A stretch of 64,000 nucleotides of DNA from an uncultured virus (IMG/VR IMGVR_UViG_3300023172_002538) (Duplodnaviria > Heunggongvirae > Uroviricota > Caudoviricetes), in the IMG/VR virus record IMGVR_UViG_3300023172_002538; one strand, given 5' to 3'. Shown here in pieces: positions 47,106-56,808 of the stretch. A program made the position numbers and the translations under genes. Below the pieces are notes generated by a model that saw only the letters and a program-made list of their open reading frames with translations, made no database searches and was not told the origin of the DNA. How positions within the stretch are numbered: the stretch's first letter is position 1; each line of letters opens with the position of its first letter.

Positions 47106-47867
47106 ATGGCTAAAAAGTTTTCTACAGAAGATGGCAATCTAGACACGAGTATTCGCGTTGTTAAAAATCGTGACTACTCGGACCTTGACTTGTCTCTAAA
47201 TGCCAGAACGCCAACTTCTGATGGAGATGTTTTTAAAAAGACTGACGCGGCTTCTGTAAAGCAAGCTGTCAAGAATTTGTTGATGACGAACAGATTCGAA
47301 AAGCCGTATCGTCCTAATTACGGTGCTGATCTTGGCGGTCTTTTATTTGAATTGATGGATGAAGATACTGGTGAAGAAATCATCGGTAAAATCAAGAGCG
47401 CGATTCAACGTTATGAGCCTAGAGCTAAAGTATTAAATGTTAAAGTTGTAGCAACACCAGATTACAATAACGTATCAGTAGTAGTTGAGTTTAGAGTAGT
47501 CGCCACTGGATTAGTTGAAACATTAAAAGTTTCTCTCAATCCTTCGACGCCGACTGAAATTCCTTCACTGCCGATTACGACTGAGCCGTTCATTATTTAC
47601 AATGATATTATTAGAGGGGAAAATGGTGATCGTCTAGCAACTTATCGTGGCGATCTAGTTAAGCGTGATTTGGTAATACCGCCTCCTGATGCATTGCTGA
47701 CAGATCCAGATTCGGACATGATCTTTGCACTGTTTAACGGCTTTATTGAAGGCGTGTTGTTGATTGACTCTGATCTTCTAGAAGGTATTCTTACTGTGCC
47801 TGATGAAGATCAGATTTCACTACAGAACGGTGTAGACTTCTTGCTACCAGAACAAGTTATCGATTAA
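47106..47867 (+). CDS. gp25: Baseplate wedge subunit with ~110-aa C-terminal extension
   Basis: YSDLDL, SVKQAVKNLLMT..FEKPYRP.YG, LLFE, I.RYEPRA. Confidence 0.9.
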   Translation: MAKKFSTEDGNLDTSIRVVKNRDYSDLDLSLNARTPTSDGDVFKKTDAASVKQAVKNLLMTNRFEKPYRPNYGADLGGLLFELMDEDTGEEIIGKIKSAIQRYEPRAKVLNVKVVATPDYNNVSVVVEFRVVATGLVETLKVSLNPSTPTEIPSLPITTEPFIIYNDIIRGENGDRLATYRGDLVKRDLVIPPPDALLTDPDSDMIFALFNGFIEGVLLIDSDLLEGILTVPDEDQISLQNGVDFLLPEQVID

Positions 47868-47879
47868 TCGGAGTAAAAA

Positions 47880-49664
47880 ATGGCGACTACCATTAAGTCA
47901 ACAGAACTAGATTTTAACACGATCAAGAACAACTTGAAACTGTTCTTGGCACAGAAACCGGAGTTTGCGGACTACAACTTCGAAGCATCTGGCTTGTCAA
48001 ATCTATTGGATGTACTCGCCTATAATACGCACTACAATGCACTGATGGCAAACTTTGCTCTGAACGAATCGTTTCTGAGTTCTGCTCAATTGAGATCGTC
48101 GCTCGTTGGTCTTGCTGGAGGCTTGGGTTATAACGTCGGCTCAAGAAAAGCTTCGTTTGCAGTGGTAAATCTAAGCATCACGAATAACGATAATCCATCT
48201 TCAATGACCATTCCTTCTGGTACAAAATTCACTACGACAATTAACAGCAAAAGTTATACTTTTCAAACACGAGATGCACTCATTGCACTCGCTGATGGCA
48301 CAGGCGTTTATCAGTTTACGTTAAATGGTAATCGAAATATTCCTATCTATGAAGGCGTGACAAAACGTAAGACGTTTATTGCGGGCCCGTCAAGTGAGAA
48401 CGACACCTATGTAATTCCTGTTAAGAACCTTGATCTTGACACTGTAATCGTACGTGTGTACGATAGTGTCACATCTAATCGATACGATCAATACATTAAT
48501 ATTTTTGACACAACCACAATTGATGAAACGTCACGAATCTACGTCATGAAAGAATCGCCCAACGGCTACTATGAATTGACATTTGGTAATGGCGTTCGTC
48601 TTGGTCGATTCCCTCAAGCAGGTGACAAGATCGAAGTCATTTACTCTGCTGTTGCTGGACCAGAAGCAAATGGTGGTAAAACGTTTGTTCCCACAACAAC
48701 CATTGACGGAAAAACAGTAAACGTCACTACGGTTTCTGTATCTTCAGCTGGTTCGTTTAAGGAAGAAATTGAGTCTATTCGAAAGAATGCTCCTTTTCAA
48801 TGGGCAGCCCAGAATAGAATGGTGACATCACAAGACTATGCCGCACTCATTAGACGAAACTTTTCTAATGTGGTAGGTGACATTAAAGCGTGGGGTGGTG
48901 AAGATAATATACCTGCTGATTATGGTTCAGTGTATCTGTCAATCGTGTTCAACACAGAGGATGACGTGGTGATTGAGAACACGAAAAGTGACATCACTGC
49001 ACTTGCTGACGATTTGTCGATTGCCTCGTTTGATGTTAAATTCACAGATCCTGTCGAAACATTCCTTGAAGTTGCCACAGTATTTCAATTTAATCCACAA
49101 TTAACATCACTAGATCAAACAACAGTTGAAAATCAAGTGTTGGCGGCGATGCAGAATTATTTCGACACAAGCACAGGTGGATTTAATCAGTCTTTCCGTC
49201 GTTCTAATATGCTAACAGATATCGACGCTTCAGACGATTCGATTTTGTCGAGTAGGGCTGATATTAAGATGCAAGCTAGATTCGTACCAAACGGTTCTCC
49301 ATCACAAACAATTTTTTACTCTTCTGCAATTTCTGTTCCAGATGATGCAACTTATATCATACAGTCAGATCCATTTAATTTTAGAAGCAAAGTTTGTGTC
49401 TTAAGAAATCGTCTCGATTCTAATATTATGGAAATTATCGAAATTGCCACAGGAAATCCTTTGATTGACAACATCGGTACGTACGATGCTATAAACGGAA
49501 CAATTACATTGCTTAACTTTACTGGCACTATTTTAAATGGCGCATACATTAGAGTTGTGGCAACACCTGCGAATCCATCTGTGATTAGCCCTTTGAGAAA
49601 TAACATTGTTCGTTATGATAATCAAGCATCACGTGCACGTGCAGTTATCACAGATACGTTATAA
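47880..49664 (+). CDS. gp6: Baseplate wedge subunit
   Basis: LDFNTIK..L, DYNFEASGL..LLDVLAYNTHY, NESFLSSAQLRSS, FGNG, QNRMVT..DY, WGGED. Confidence 0.95.
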   Translation: MATTIKSTELDFNTIKNNLKLFLAQKPEFADYNFEASGLSNLLDVLAYNTHYNALMANFALNESFLSSAQLRSSLVGLAGGLGYNVGSRKASFAVVNLSITNNDNPSSMTIPSGTKFTTTINSKSYTFQTRDALIALADGTGVYQFTLNGNRNIPIYEGVTKRKTFIAGPSSENDTYVIPVKNLDLDTVIVRVYDSVTSNRYDQYINIFDTTTIDETSRIYVMKESPNGYYELTFGNGVRLGRFPQAGDKIEVIYSAVAGPEANGGKTFVPTTTIDGKTVNVTTVSVSSAGSFKEEIESIRKNAPFQWAAQNRMVTSQDYAALIRRNFSNVVGDIKAWGGEDNIPADYGSVYLSIVFNTEDDVVIENTKSDITALADDLSIASFDVKFTDPVETFLEVATVFQFNPQLTSLDQTTVENQVLAAMQNYFDTSTGGFNQSFRRSNMLTDIDASDDSILSSRADIKMQARFVPNGSPSQTIFYSSAISVPDDATYIIQSDPFNFRSKVCVLRNRLDSNIMEIIEIATGNPLIDNIGTYDAINGTITLLNFTGTILNGAYIRVVATPANPSVISPLRNNIVRYDNQASRARAVITDTL

Positions 49665-49667
49665 ATA
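49660..49667 (+). promoter_or_regulatory. T4-type late promoter TATAAATA
   Basis: Exact consensus upstream of gp8. Confidence 0.8.
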
Positions 49668-49691
49668 GAACATCGTTAAAGAGAATTACTT

Positions 49692-51068
49692 ATGCCAGCA
49701 TCCGCAACTAACAGTATGAGAGAACACTTATTGACTCTGTTTAAAGCAGATGTTGATAGTTCGTCTCCACCTTATCATATAGGAATTGCTAGATCAGATC
49801 CCGTCGGTCCTGCTGATGGAATTACTGAGACGACTGTGGGCTCGCAATTCAATCAGGAAAAGTTTAGACACACGTTGCAGTCAGTCAAAATTATGAGTAA
49901 TGCATCGTATGTAATTCCTGTTGTTAATTGGGAAAGTGGAGAAGTGTATGAAGCATACGATAACAATAATCCGTTTCAGACAAATTTCTACGTAATTAAC
50001 AGTGCCCGTGAAGTGTTCTTGTGTCTTGAGCAAGGTCGCTTGGATGATGGCAGTATTCAGCCTGCATTTACTGAGCCTACTTCTTTTCAAGCAAAGAATC
50101 AAGCAAAGTCTTTTAGAACGAGTGATGGCTATCTTTGGCGTTTCATGTACACGATCAGTAACTTTGCGGCTGGTAGTTTTCAGACAAGACAGTATGCACC
50201 AGTCAAGCAAATTGTAGACACAGGAACCACAATTCCTGAAGAGATTCAACAACTGAATTTGCAAGATAGTGCTATTGGCGGACAGATTCTAGGCGTTATC
50301 ATTGACAGTGGTGGTGATAATTATACGAACCCTACACTTACGTTCACAGGAAATGGTGCGGGCGCTCGATTCGTTGCTGATATTTTTGACAACAGAATCG
50401 TAAATGTAAGATGTGACTCAAACGGTATTGGTGGATTCTTGCACGGTGCTGACTATGACTATGCATCGATCATTGTTACAGATCCAGGCGGTGGTTCAGG
50501 AGCATCTTTGAGGCCCGTAATTGCACCCAGAGTAGGACTTGGCGCAGATCCAGTTCGTGATCTTAAGTGTCGCCAACTCATGCTACAGACCGATTTTATT
50601 GGTCGTGAAGAAAACACTATCGTAGCCAATGATTGCGAGTTTTATCAAGTTGGTATTATCAAGGGCTTAACACGATACGGTACTGATTCTGCATTTAATG
50701 GAAATACAGGACAAGTCTCAAAAATCTTGACCGTAAACGAAGTCACCGGCGCTTGGGTAGAAGGTGATACTTTTTCTAATGCTGAAGAAACAATCACTGG
50801 TAAAATTCTCTATCTAGATACACAGACTCTTTATTACTATCAAGACGTTGAAACAGGATTCGAAAGACCTCAAGCGGCTAACGGCTCTTTCGTTGCTGGA
50901 ATGGCATTGACCAATGAGCAAGGTGGCACAGCAACGATTACAGGTGTTGTTAATCCCGATGTTGACGCATATTCAGGTGAAATTTTATACATAAATACAC
51001 TTGAAGATGGAGTCACTCGGGAAGCAGATCAAACCGAAGACATTAGAATAGTTATTCAATTAGGATAA
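49692..51068 (+). CDS. gp8: Baseplate wedge subunit
   Basis: VIP..NW.SG..Y..YD, FYVIN...VFLCL, DGYLWRFMYTI, YSGEILYI, R..DQTEDIRIVIQ. Confidence 0.9.
   Translation: MPASATNSMREHLLTLFKADVDSSSPPYHIGIARSDPVGPADGITETTVGSQFNQEKFRHTLQSVKIMSNASYVIPVVNWESGEVYEAYDNNNPFQTNFYVINSAREVFLCLEQGRLDDGSIQPAFTEPTSFQAKNQAKSFRTSDGYLWRFMYTISNFAAGSFQTRQYAPVKQIVDTGTTIPEEIQQLNLQDSAIGGQILGVIIDSGGDNYTNPTLTFTGNGAGARFVADIFDNRIVNVRCDSNGIGGFLHGADYDYASIIVTDPGGGSGASLRPVIAPRVGLGADPVRDLKCRQLMLQTDFIGREENTIVANDCEFYQVGIIKGLTRYGTDSAFNGNTGQVSKILTVNEVTGAWVEGDTFSNAEETITGKILYLDTQTLYYYQDVETGFERPQAANGSFVAGMALTNEQGGTATITGVVNPDVDAYSGEILYINTLEDGVTREADQTEDIRIVIQLG
50990..50997 (+). promoter_or_regulatory. Late promoter variant CATAAATA
   Basis: One mismatch, ~75 nt upstream of the ORF at 51072. 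Confidence 0.45.
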
Positions 51069-51071
51069 AAA

Positions 51072-54000
51072 ATGGCTACAGAATTTACATCCAATACGCT
51101 ATCTGGTATTTACTCAGATGATTTTAATGAGGATAACAATTTTCATCAAATCCTCTTTAACAATGGTCGCGCTCTTCAAGCGCGGGAGCTAACACAGCTT
51201 CAATCAATCATCTTTCAAGAATTAGCCAGATTTGGTAAGAACGTCTTTAAAGAAGGCGCTGTAGTCAATACAGGCGGTATGGCTGTTAATGCCAACATTG
51301 ACTATATTAAAGTCTCGGCTGTAAATGCTGGCGGTGCATTCGCAGACATTCCTATTGGCACTGTTTTTAAGAACACAAGCACCGGCTTAGAAGCAAAAGT
51401 ACTAGATGTAAAACCCAGAAATGTTGACGATGGATTTGTTCTTGATACGCTTTATGTACAGTATGTAAATTCTGGTGGCACTACAAATTCACAATTTGGT
51501 GATGGTGATGTGCTGTTCGATCAGTCTGGTGGTGGCTATCAGATCACTACCGAAATTCCTAATGCTACGGGTAAAGGAGTCAGGTTCACTATAGGTGAGG
51601 GCGATTTCTTTGTTCTTGGTCACTTTGTTCACACTGTTGAACAATCGATCATTCTGTCTCCTTATACACAATCAGCAACAACGACGATTGGTTTTAAAGT
51701 TATTCAAGATGTTGTTACTGTCAATGATGATGTCAATTTATTCGACAATGCAAATGGTATTGTCAATACGGCATCTCCTGGTGCAGATCGTTTAAGAATT
51801 AGACTACAACTTACTGAACTGAGTAAGATAACCGAGAACGACACCTTCGTATTCGTCTGCAACATTGAGAATTCAAAAATCGTTGAGCAAGTCAAAGAGA
51901 TTGACGCTTACAACACTGTCAACGATTTGATTGCACAAAGAACGTTTGAAGAGTCTGGTAACTATGTAGTTGAACCATTCGTTGCAAGTGTTGATGAAGG
52001 TACTTTCGTGTATCTTGATTCTAGTTTTGATTTAATTTTATCATCTGGAATGGCATATGTCAACGGTTATCGTGTTGAAAAAATTGCACCAACTCGCTTA
52101 AAAGTACCTAAGCCTAAGACAACTGAAACAGTAGAAAACGATGTTATTCCTGTTACCTATGGTAACTATCTACTTGCAGACAGTCAGCGTGGTTTGATGG
52201 GTGGTCAATTTCACGATAATGTATATGAGTTTTATGATGACTTTGCTGGTCCTGCTTCAGGCACTTCACTAGGTTCTGCAAGAATTAGACAGGTGGAGAA
52301 AGCCGACGGTAACTATCGAGTTTATGTCTATGACGTACGGATCGATTCGGACAAGTCGTTAAGAGATGCCAAAGTACTTGCGAATACTACATCTGACAAA
52401 TGGAGCTTAAAGCTTGAAGATAATGGTGCACACTTATATGCATCAACTCAAGATAACAATCTTTTGTTCCCGCTGTCCCGTCCTCGTCCTGAGTCTTTTT
52501 CTGATATTGTATTGACGAAACAAAGACTGCAAGAATTTATTGTAGCCGATGGTAGTGGTGTTCTTACATTAAACACTCTGCCTGTAGGACAATCATATGT
52601 CGATACAACTCTATGGATCGTTGCTGACTCTGCGGCTATTTCACACACCGTATTAACACCTACGAACAGTGGTCGAGATGTGCAAATTTCGGGCGCAATT
52701 CCAGGCGATACTTACTCTGTTCTGTGCTATGTTCAAAAGACAGGCACACGAAAAGCTAAGACTGACACTTTCGTCAATGGCGGAAAACTTACAGTAGCAT
52801 ACGATTCAGCGGCTAGACAATACTACTATCAATTTCCATACGTCGATGTGCATGAAGTAAGGAACGTTAATGTAACCAACATCGATGGACGCGATATGTC
52901 AGGCGATGTCCGTTTAGATTGTGGTATACGTGATAATTACTATGCAAAGAGTAGACTGATTCTGAATGGTGATTACGATAGTGTTCCCACAACATTGCAC
53001 GTCGATTACTCTTACTATGCACGTGGTGGCGGTGGTGATTTTTATGACGCTACTTCTTATCCAGATAACATAATATTTGCTAATAATATTGGTGGTGTCG
53101 TAGATCAAATTCAGCAAGACGGTACTGTAATTAATATTGCTAACTATCTCGACTTTAGACCCGACGAAACGTCTGGTGCTTTTAGTGCTTTTGAACTTCC
53201 TAGAAATGGGAGCAACATTACAGCGGATGTTAGTTATTGGTTACCAAGAGCAGATAAAGTTATTCTGACTCAAGAGGGTGAAGTTCAAGTTCTGATGGGT
53301 CAACCAGCAGGCAATCCACAGTACAAGCCAACTCCAGACAATACGCTTGAACTTGCCAAAATCTTAATAAACGGCAATATGCATGCCTTTGATGACTTGC
53401 GTATTACACCTGTCGAGCATCGACGCTATACGATGGCTGACATTGCAAAACTTGAGGCAAAGGTCGATGAGTTACAAGAATACACCGATCTGAGTCTTTT
53501 AGAACTTGAGCAAAAATTGTTTGCGGCACTTGACAGTGTTGGTAATGCAAGAGCCGAGTGTTGCAATCTCTGTGATGATCACTCGGATCAGACGGGTGCG
53601 GATACGAACAATCCCGATTACTCTGCATCTCTGGATCCAGAAAACAAATTGATTCGTCCTACATTTGATGAGAACAACATTCGACTTATTATCGACACTT
53701 CACTTTCTTCGGGAATTGTTAAGAAGGGCGATAATGTCTATCTGACACATGACTCAGAAGCTTGGGCAACTCAGGATCTTGCTTCTACTACTGTTAAAGT
53801 TAATCCATTTGGATTGGTTGATAACGTAGGCACACTGAAGCTATCTCCCACTTCTGACGAGTGGAAAGATCCAGCACGTGCTGATCGTGCTGTGCCTGGT
53901 CAAGGTCGTCTTGATCGTAGACAAGCATATCTATGGAACAACTGGACTTGGAACTGGGCAGGTCGTTCTGCTGAAGACCTCGAATATTGGAATCCTTACT

Positions 54001-56543
54001 TTGATAACTCGATTATTGGGATTCGTCGAAGAAGGCTCGTTGAGCTAAGAGAGCGTTATTATTCTGGTCGAAATCAGGTCTCTCGATTCAGTGGTCGATT
54101 TGTGTCACGAGTTGTGCCTTCTGACACTCTACGTCAAGCAGTTGGCAATCGTGTTATCGATGTTGCATTGATTCCCTGGATGCGCTCTAGAAAGATTTAT
54201 TTCCACGCTAAGGGATTGAAGCCAAACACTAGACATTATCCTTTCTTTGATGGGAAAGAAGTTTCTGAATGGTGTCGTGAAGAGCCTGCATTCTTGATGT
54301 GGTCTGATCGTGATGATCAAACTGATCCACAAACTAGTTATTGGACAGACGAACATCCTGATGGACAATCGCAGTTGATTTCTGACGCGAACGGTGAAAT
54401 CATTGGTTCTTTCTGGATTCCAAACCCCGCAATAGAATGGAACGTCAGAGCGACAGATCGAGAAACACAGTATAAATCACCAAATTTTTATTTTAGAGCA
54501 GGCATTCGCGAATTCAAATTACTAGACACCAGTGTTAATGATTGGGGTCGAGCAGATAGTAAGTGCTTTGCATACTATGCGGCTGTTGGTGCAATCTGGC
54601 ATCACTGGAATAATTTGATTACGACTAGACCTTGGGGTTACTGGTGGCCATTGTCGTACTGGGTTCACTGGGCTCAGATTTACAGTCCAAAAGAACTCAG
54701 AAATACACTCGATCAAATACGATCATCGGCTATAAATCTTGTTGATCCTAAATTGTCAGGTCTCTATGGTCCTGCGCAAGCTGGACTATCAGCGGCAGCT
54801 CTTACTGGCCTTGATGCAAATGGTCAAATGTCGCAGATTCTTTCTGACTACATTGACGTTGATGCAAATCAGTTTGCAGAAGGATCACCAGCTACTACTA
54901 TTACAGCGCCACAGAATCCTATGGCACAAACATTTTTCGTTGACAATCAGTTTGGCGTTACACTGACAAGTCTGCAACTGTACTTCAAAGCAAAAGATGA
55001 CACGCTTCCTGTTCAGATTCATTTGCGTCCTGTTATTAACGGTAAGCCTGCACACAACGAAATTGTTCCTGATTCTCAAGTTGTTTTGAAATCGAGTCAG
55101 GTTAGAGTTGTTGGTGAAGATCCTACGTTGGCTGTTATTCAAGAGCGTCCCACAACGTTTACGTTCGATGAGCCAGTCTATCTGAAGCCTTGGACATCGT
55201 ACGCAATTGTTGTGACTTCACAGTCGACCGACTATGAACTGTTTAGTTCTAGAACATTGCTACCCGTATTCGGTTCAACTTCGCGAATCACATCGACGCA
55301 GAATGCTCCCGGAGCATTGTATCTGCCTCAGAACGGTCTTTCTTGGATCGAAGCAAAGGATCAGGATCTGATGTATGTTTTGAATCGTGCGAAGTTTGAT
55401 CTTGGTGGTGGTAGTTTGATTCTGAAAAATGCACCGTTACCTCCAAAACTTCTTGGTCAAGCTGATCCGACAAAACAATCGCCGAAGCCAAATATTGAAA
55501 CATTTGCAGGAACGAGAAAAATCTACGTGCATCACGCTAATCATGGTTTAGAACCAGGCGATCTTTGTAGACTCGACAGTGTTGCTAGTCTTGACTTTGG
55601 CGTAAGCGGCTATGCAGGTAGCATTGAAGGTTCTGGTGTATTCACTAATTCAAGTTCAATCGTATCGTACATCGAAGGAGCACACACAGTGGACTCTGTT
55701 GATGTGAATGGTTACTCATTCACTTATGATGTCTTACATCCAGTAGAAACATCATCAGGTCTCGGTAGTAGTCATAAAACATTATCCAGACGCAACGCTA
55801 TCTTTAGCACCGCGATGCCTACAATCGAAACTGTAGTTCCGAACTTTACATCAATCGATGCTGGAGCTAAGTGGTCAGAAGGCAAGATGTTGTCGAGTAC
55901 TAGAATCAATGCGGCTGGACGATGGAGCCAAGATGCGGATTACTCTAGAGTCACATTGATGCAAAACATCGACTTCGACACTCCAAAGGCTATTTACAAT
56001 CTAGCGGCTGAGGAAGCGAATTTCGGTGCTGGAGTCAGATCAGTATACTTCAAGCTTGATTTGAAAACATCGAATGATTATGTTTCACCTATCGTCGATA
56101 TGCAGAGAGCATCTTTGACGCTTGCTGGATTCAAGCTTGACAATCCAACCGTAACACCAGGAATTATCTCAGTCGATGAGACAAATCCGACTTCAGGAAC
56201 AACGGGTTCGAAGCACATTACAACACCTGTATTCCTCGAACAAGATGCTGTAGGCATTGATGTCAGAGCGTTAGTAAATATTCCTAATGATGCTGATATC
56301 TTGTGTTACTACAGAACTGCTGGTGCAGACGAAAATATACAAGATAAGTATTGGATATATCAGGAGAAAGTTGATAATATCCCATACGACAATTCTCAAG
56401 TATATCGAGATGCACAATGGTTGCCTGGTGGTCTAGGTGGTACTCTGAAGCCATTTAATCAAGCACAGTTTAAGTTTGTGTTTGTGGGTGGCGATAGAGC
56501 ACCCTCTATTAAGAACCTGAGATACAGATATCTGGCAGTGTAA
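51072..56543 (+). CDS. Large virion structural protein (VrlC/DUF4815-like)
   Basis: Y.DDF....FHQILF..GRALQARELTQLQSI, PGADRL, RTFEESGNY.V.PF, RRYTMADI..LE, PMAQTF.V. Confidence 0.88.
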   Translation: MATEFTSNTLSGIYSDDFNEDNNFHQILFNNGRALQARELTQLQSIIFQELARFGKNVFKEGAVVNTGGMAVNANIDYIKVSAVNAGGAFADIPIGTVFKNTSTGLEAKVLDVKPRNVDDGFVLDTLYVQYVNSGGTTNSQFGDGDVLFDQSGGGYQITTEIPNATGKGVRFTIGEGDFFVLGHFVHTVEQSIILSPYTQSATTTIGFKVIQDVVTVNDDVNLFDNANGIVNTASPGADRLRIRLQLTELSKITENDTFVFVCNIENSKIVEQVKEIDAYNTVNDLIAQRTFEESGNYVVEPFVASVDEGTFVYLDSSFDLILSSGMAYVNGYRVEKIAPTRLKVPKPKTTETVENDVIPVTYGNYLLADSQRGLMGGQFHDNVYEFYDDFAGPASGTSLGSARIRQVEKADGNYRVYVYDVRIDSDKSLRDAKVLANTTSDKWSLKLEDNGAHLYASTQDNNLLFPLSRPRPESFSDIVLTKQRLQEFIVADGSGVLTLNTLPVGQSYVDTTLWIVADSAAISHTVLTPTNSGRDVQISGAIPGDTYSVLCYVQKTGTRKAKTDTFVNGGKLTVAYDSAARQYYYQFPYVDVHEVRNVNVTNIDGRDMSGDVRLDCGIRDNYYAKSRLILNGDYDSVPTTLHVDYSYYARGGGGDFYDATSYPDNIIFANNIGGVVDQIQQDGTVINIANYLDFRPDETSGAFSAFELPRNGSNITADVSYWLPRADKVILTQEGEVQVLMGQPAGNPQYKPTPDNTLELAKILINGNMHAFDDLRITPVEHRRYTMADIAKLEAKVDELQEYTDLSLLELEQKLFAALDSVGNARAECCNLCDDHSDQTGADTNNPDYSASLDPENKLIRPTFDENNIRLIIDTSLSSGIVKKGDNVYLTHDSEAWATQDLASTTVKVNPFGLVDNVGTLKLSPTSDEWKDPARADRAVPGQGRLDRRQAYLWNNWTWNWAGRSAEDLEYWNPYFDNSIIGIRRRRLVELRERYYSGRNQVSRFSGRFVSRVVPSDTLRQAVGNRVIDVALIPWMRSRKIYFHAKGLKPNTRHYPFFDGKEVSEWCREEPAFLMWSDRDDQTDPQTSYWTDEHPDGQSQLISDANGEIIGSFWIPNPAIEWNVRATDRETQYKSPNFYFRAGIREFKLLDTSVNDWGRADSKCFAYYAAVGAIWHHWNNLITTRPWGYWWPLSYWVHWAQIYSPKELRNTLDQIRSSAINLVDPKLSGLYGPAQAGLSAAALTGLDANGQMSQILSDYIDVDANQFAEGSPATTITAPQNPMAQTFFVDNQFGVTLTSLQLYFKAKDDTLPVQIHLRPVINGKPAHNEIVPDSQVVLKSSQVRVVGEDPTLAVIQERPTTFTFDEPVYLKPWTSYAIVVTSQSTDYELFSSRTLLPVFGSTSRITSTQNAPGALYLPQNGLSWIEAKDQDLMYVLNRAKFDLGGGSLILKNAPLPPKLLGQADPTKQSPKPNIETFAGTRKIYVHHANHGLEPGDLCRLDSVASLDFGVSGYAGSIEGSGVFTNSSSIVSYIEGAHTVDSVDVNGYSFTYDVLHPVETSSGLGSSHKTLSRRNAIFSTAMPTIETVVPNFTSIDAGAKWSEGKMLSSTRINAAGRWSQDADYSRVTLMQNIDFDTPKAIYNLAAEEANFGAGVRSVYFKLDLKTSNDYVSPIVDMQRASLTLAGFKLDNPTVTPGIISVDETNPTSGTTGSKHITTPVFLEQDAVGIDVRALVNIPNDADILCYYRTAGADENIQDKYWIYQEKVDNIPYDNSQVYRDAQWLPGGLGGTLKPFNQAQFKFVFVGGDRAPSIKNLRYRYLAV

Positions 56544-56776
56544 TGAGCAGATATGTACCTGTGAAGGGGCACTCTGGCTTAGTTCGTGACACATATTCCA
56601 ACGCATTGATTAACACCAATGCTCAGGAGATCGAACAAGCCAGAGAGCGTAAACGCCTCCGTCAACTTGAAAAAGCCCAAAAACAATCACTTGAACAAAA
56701 GGTAGAGACTATCGAAAAGGATCTGGATGAAATAAAAAGTATGTTGAAAGACTTGATCCACAATTCTTATAAATAA
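56543..56776 (+). CDS. Small coiled-coil protein
   Basis: VKGHSGLVRD..SNALIN followed by a heptad-rich C-terminus; usual neighbour of VrlC-like genes. Confidence 0.75.
   Translation: MSRYVPVKGHSGLVRDTYSNALINTNAQEIEQARERKRLRQLEKAQKQSLEQKVETIEKDLDEIKSMLKDLIHNSYK
56768..56775 (+). promoter_or_regulatory. T4-type late promoter TATAAATA
   Basis: Exact consensus ~35 nt upstream of the 2080-aa gene. Confidence 0.8.
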
Positions 56777-56808
56777 AGAATAATTGTTTTTGTGCTGTCG
56801 GAAAATTA

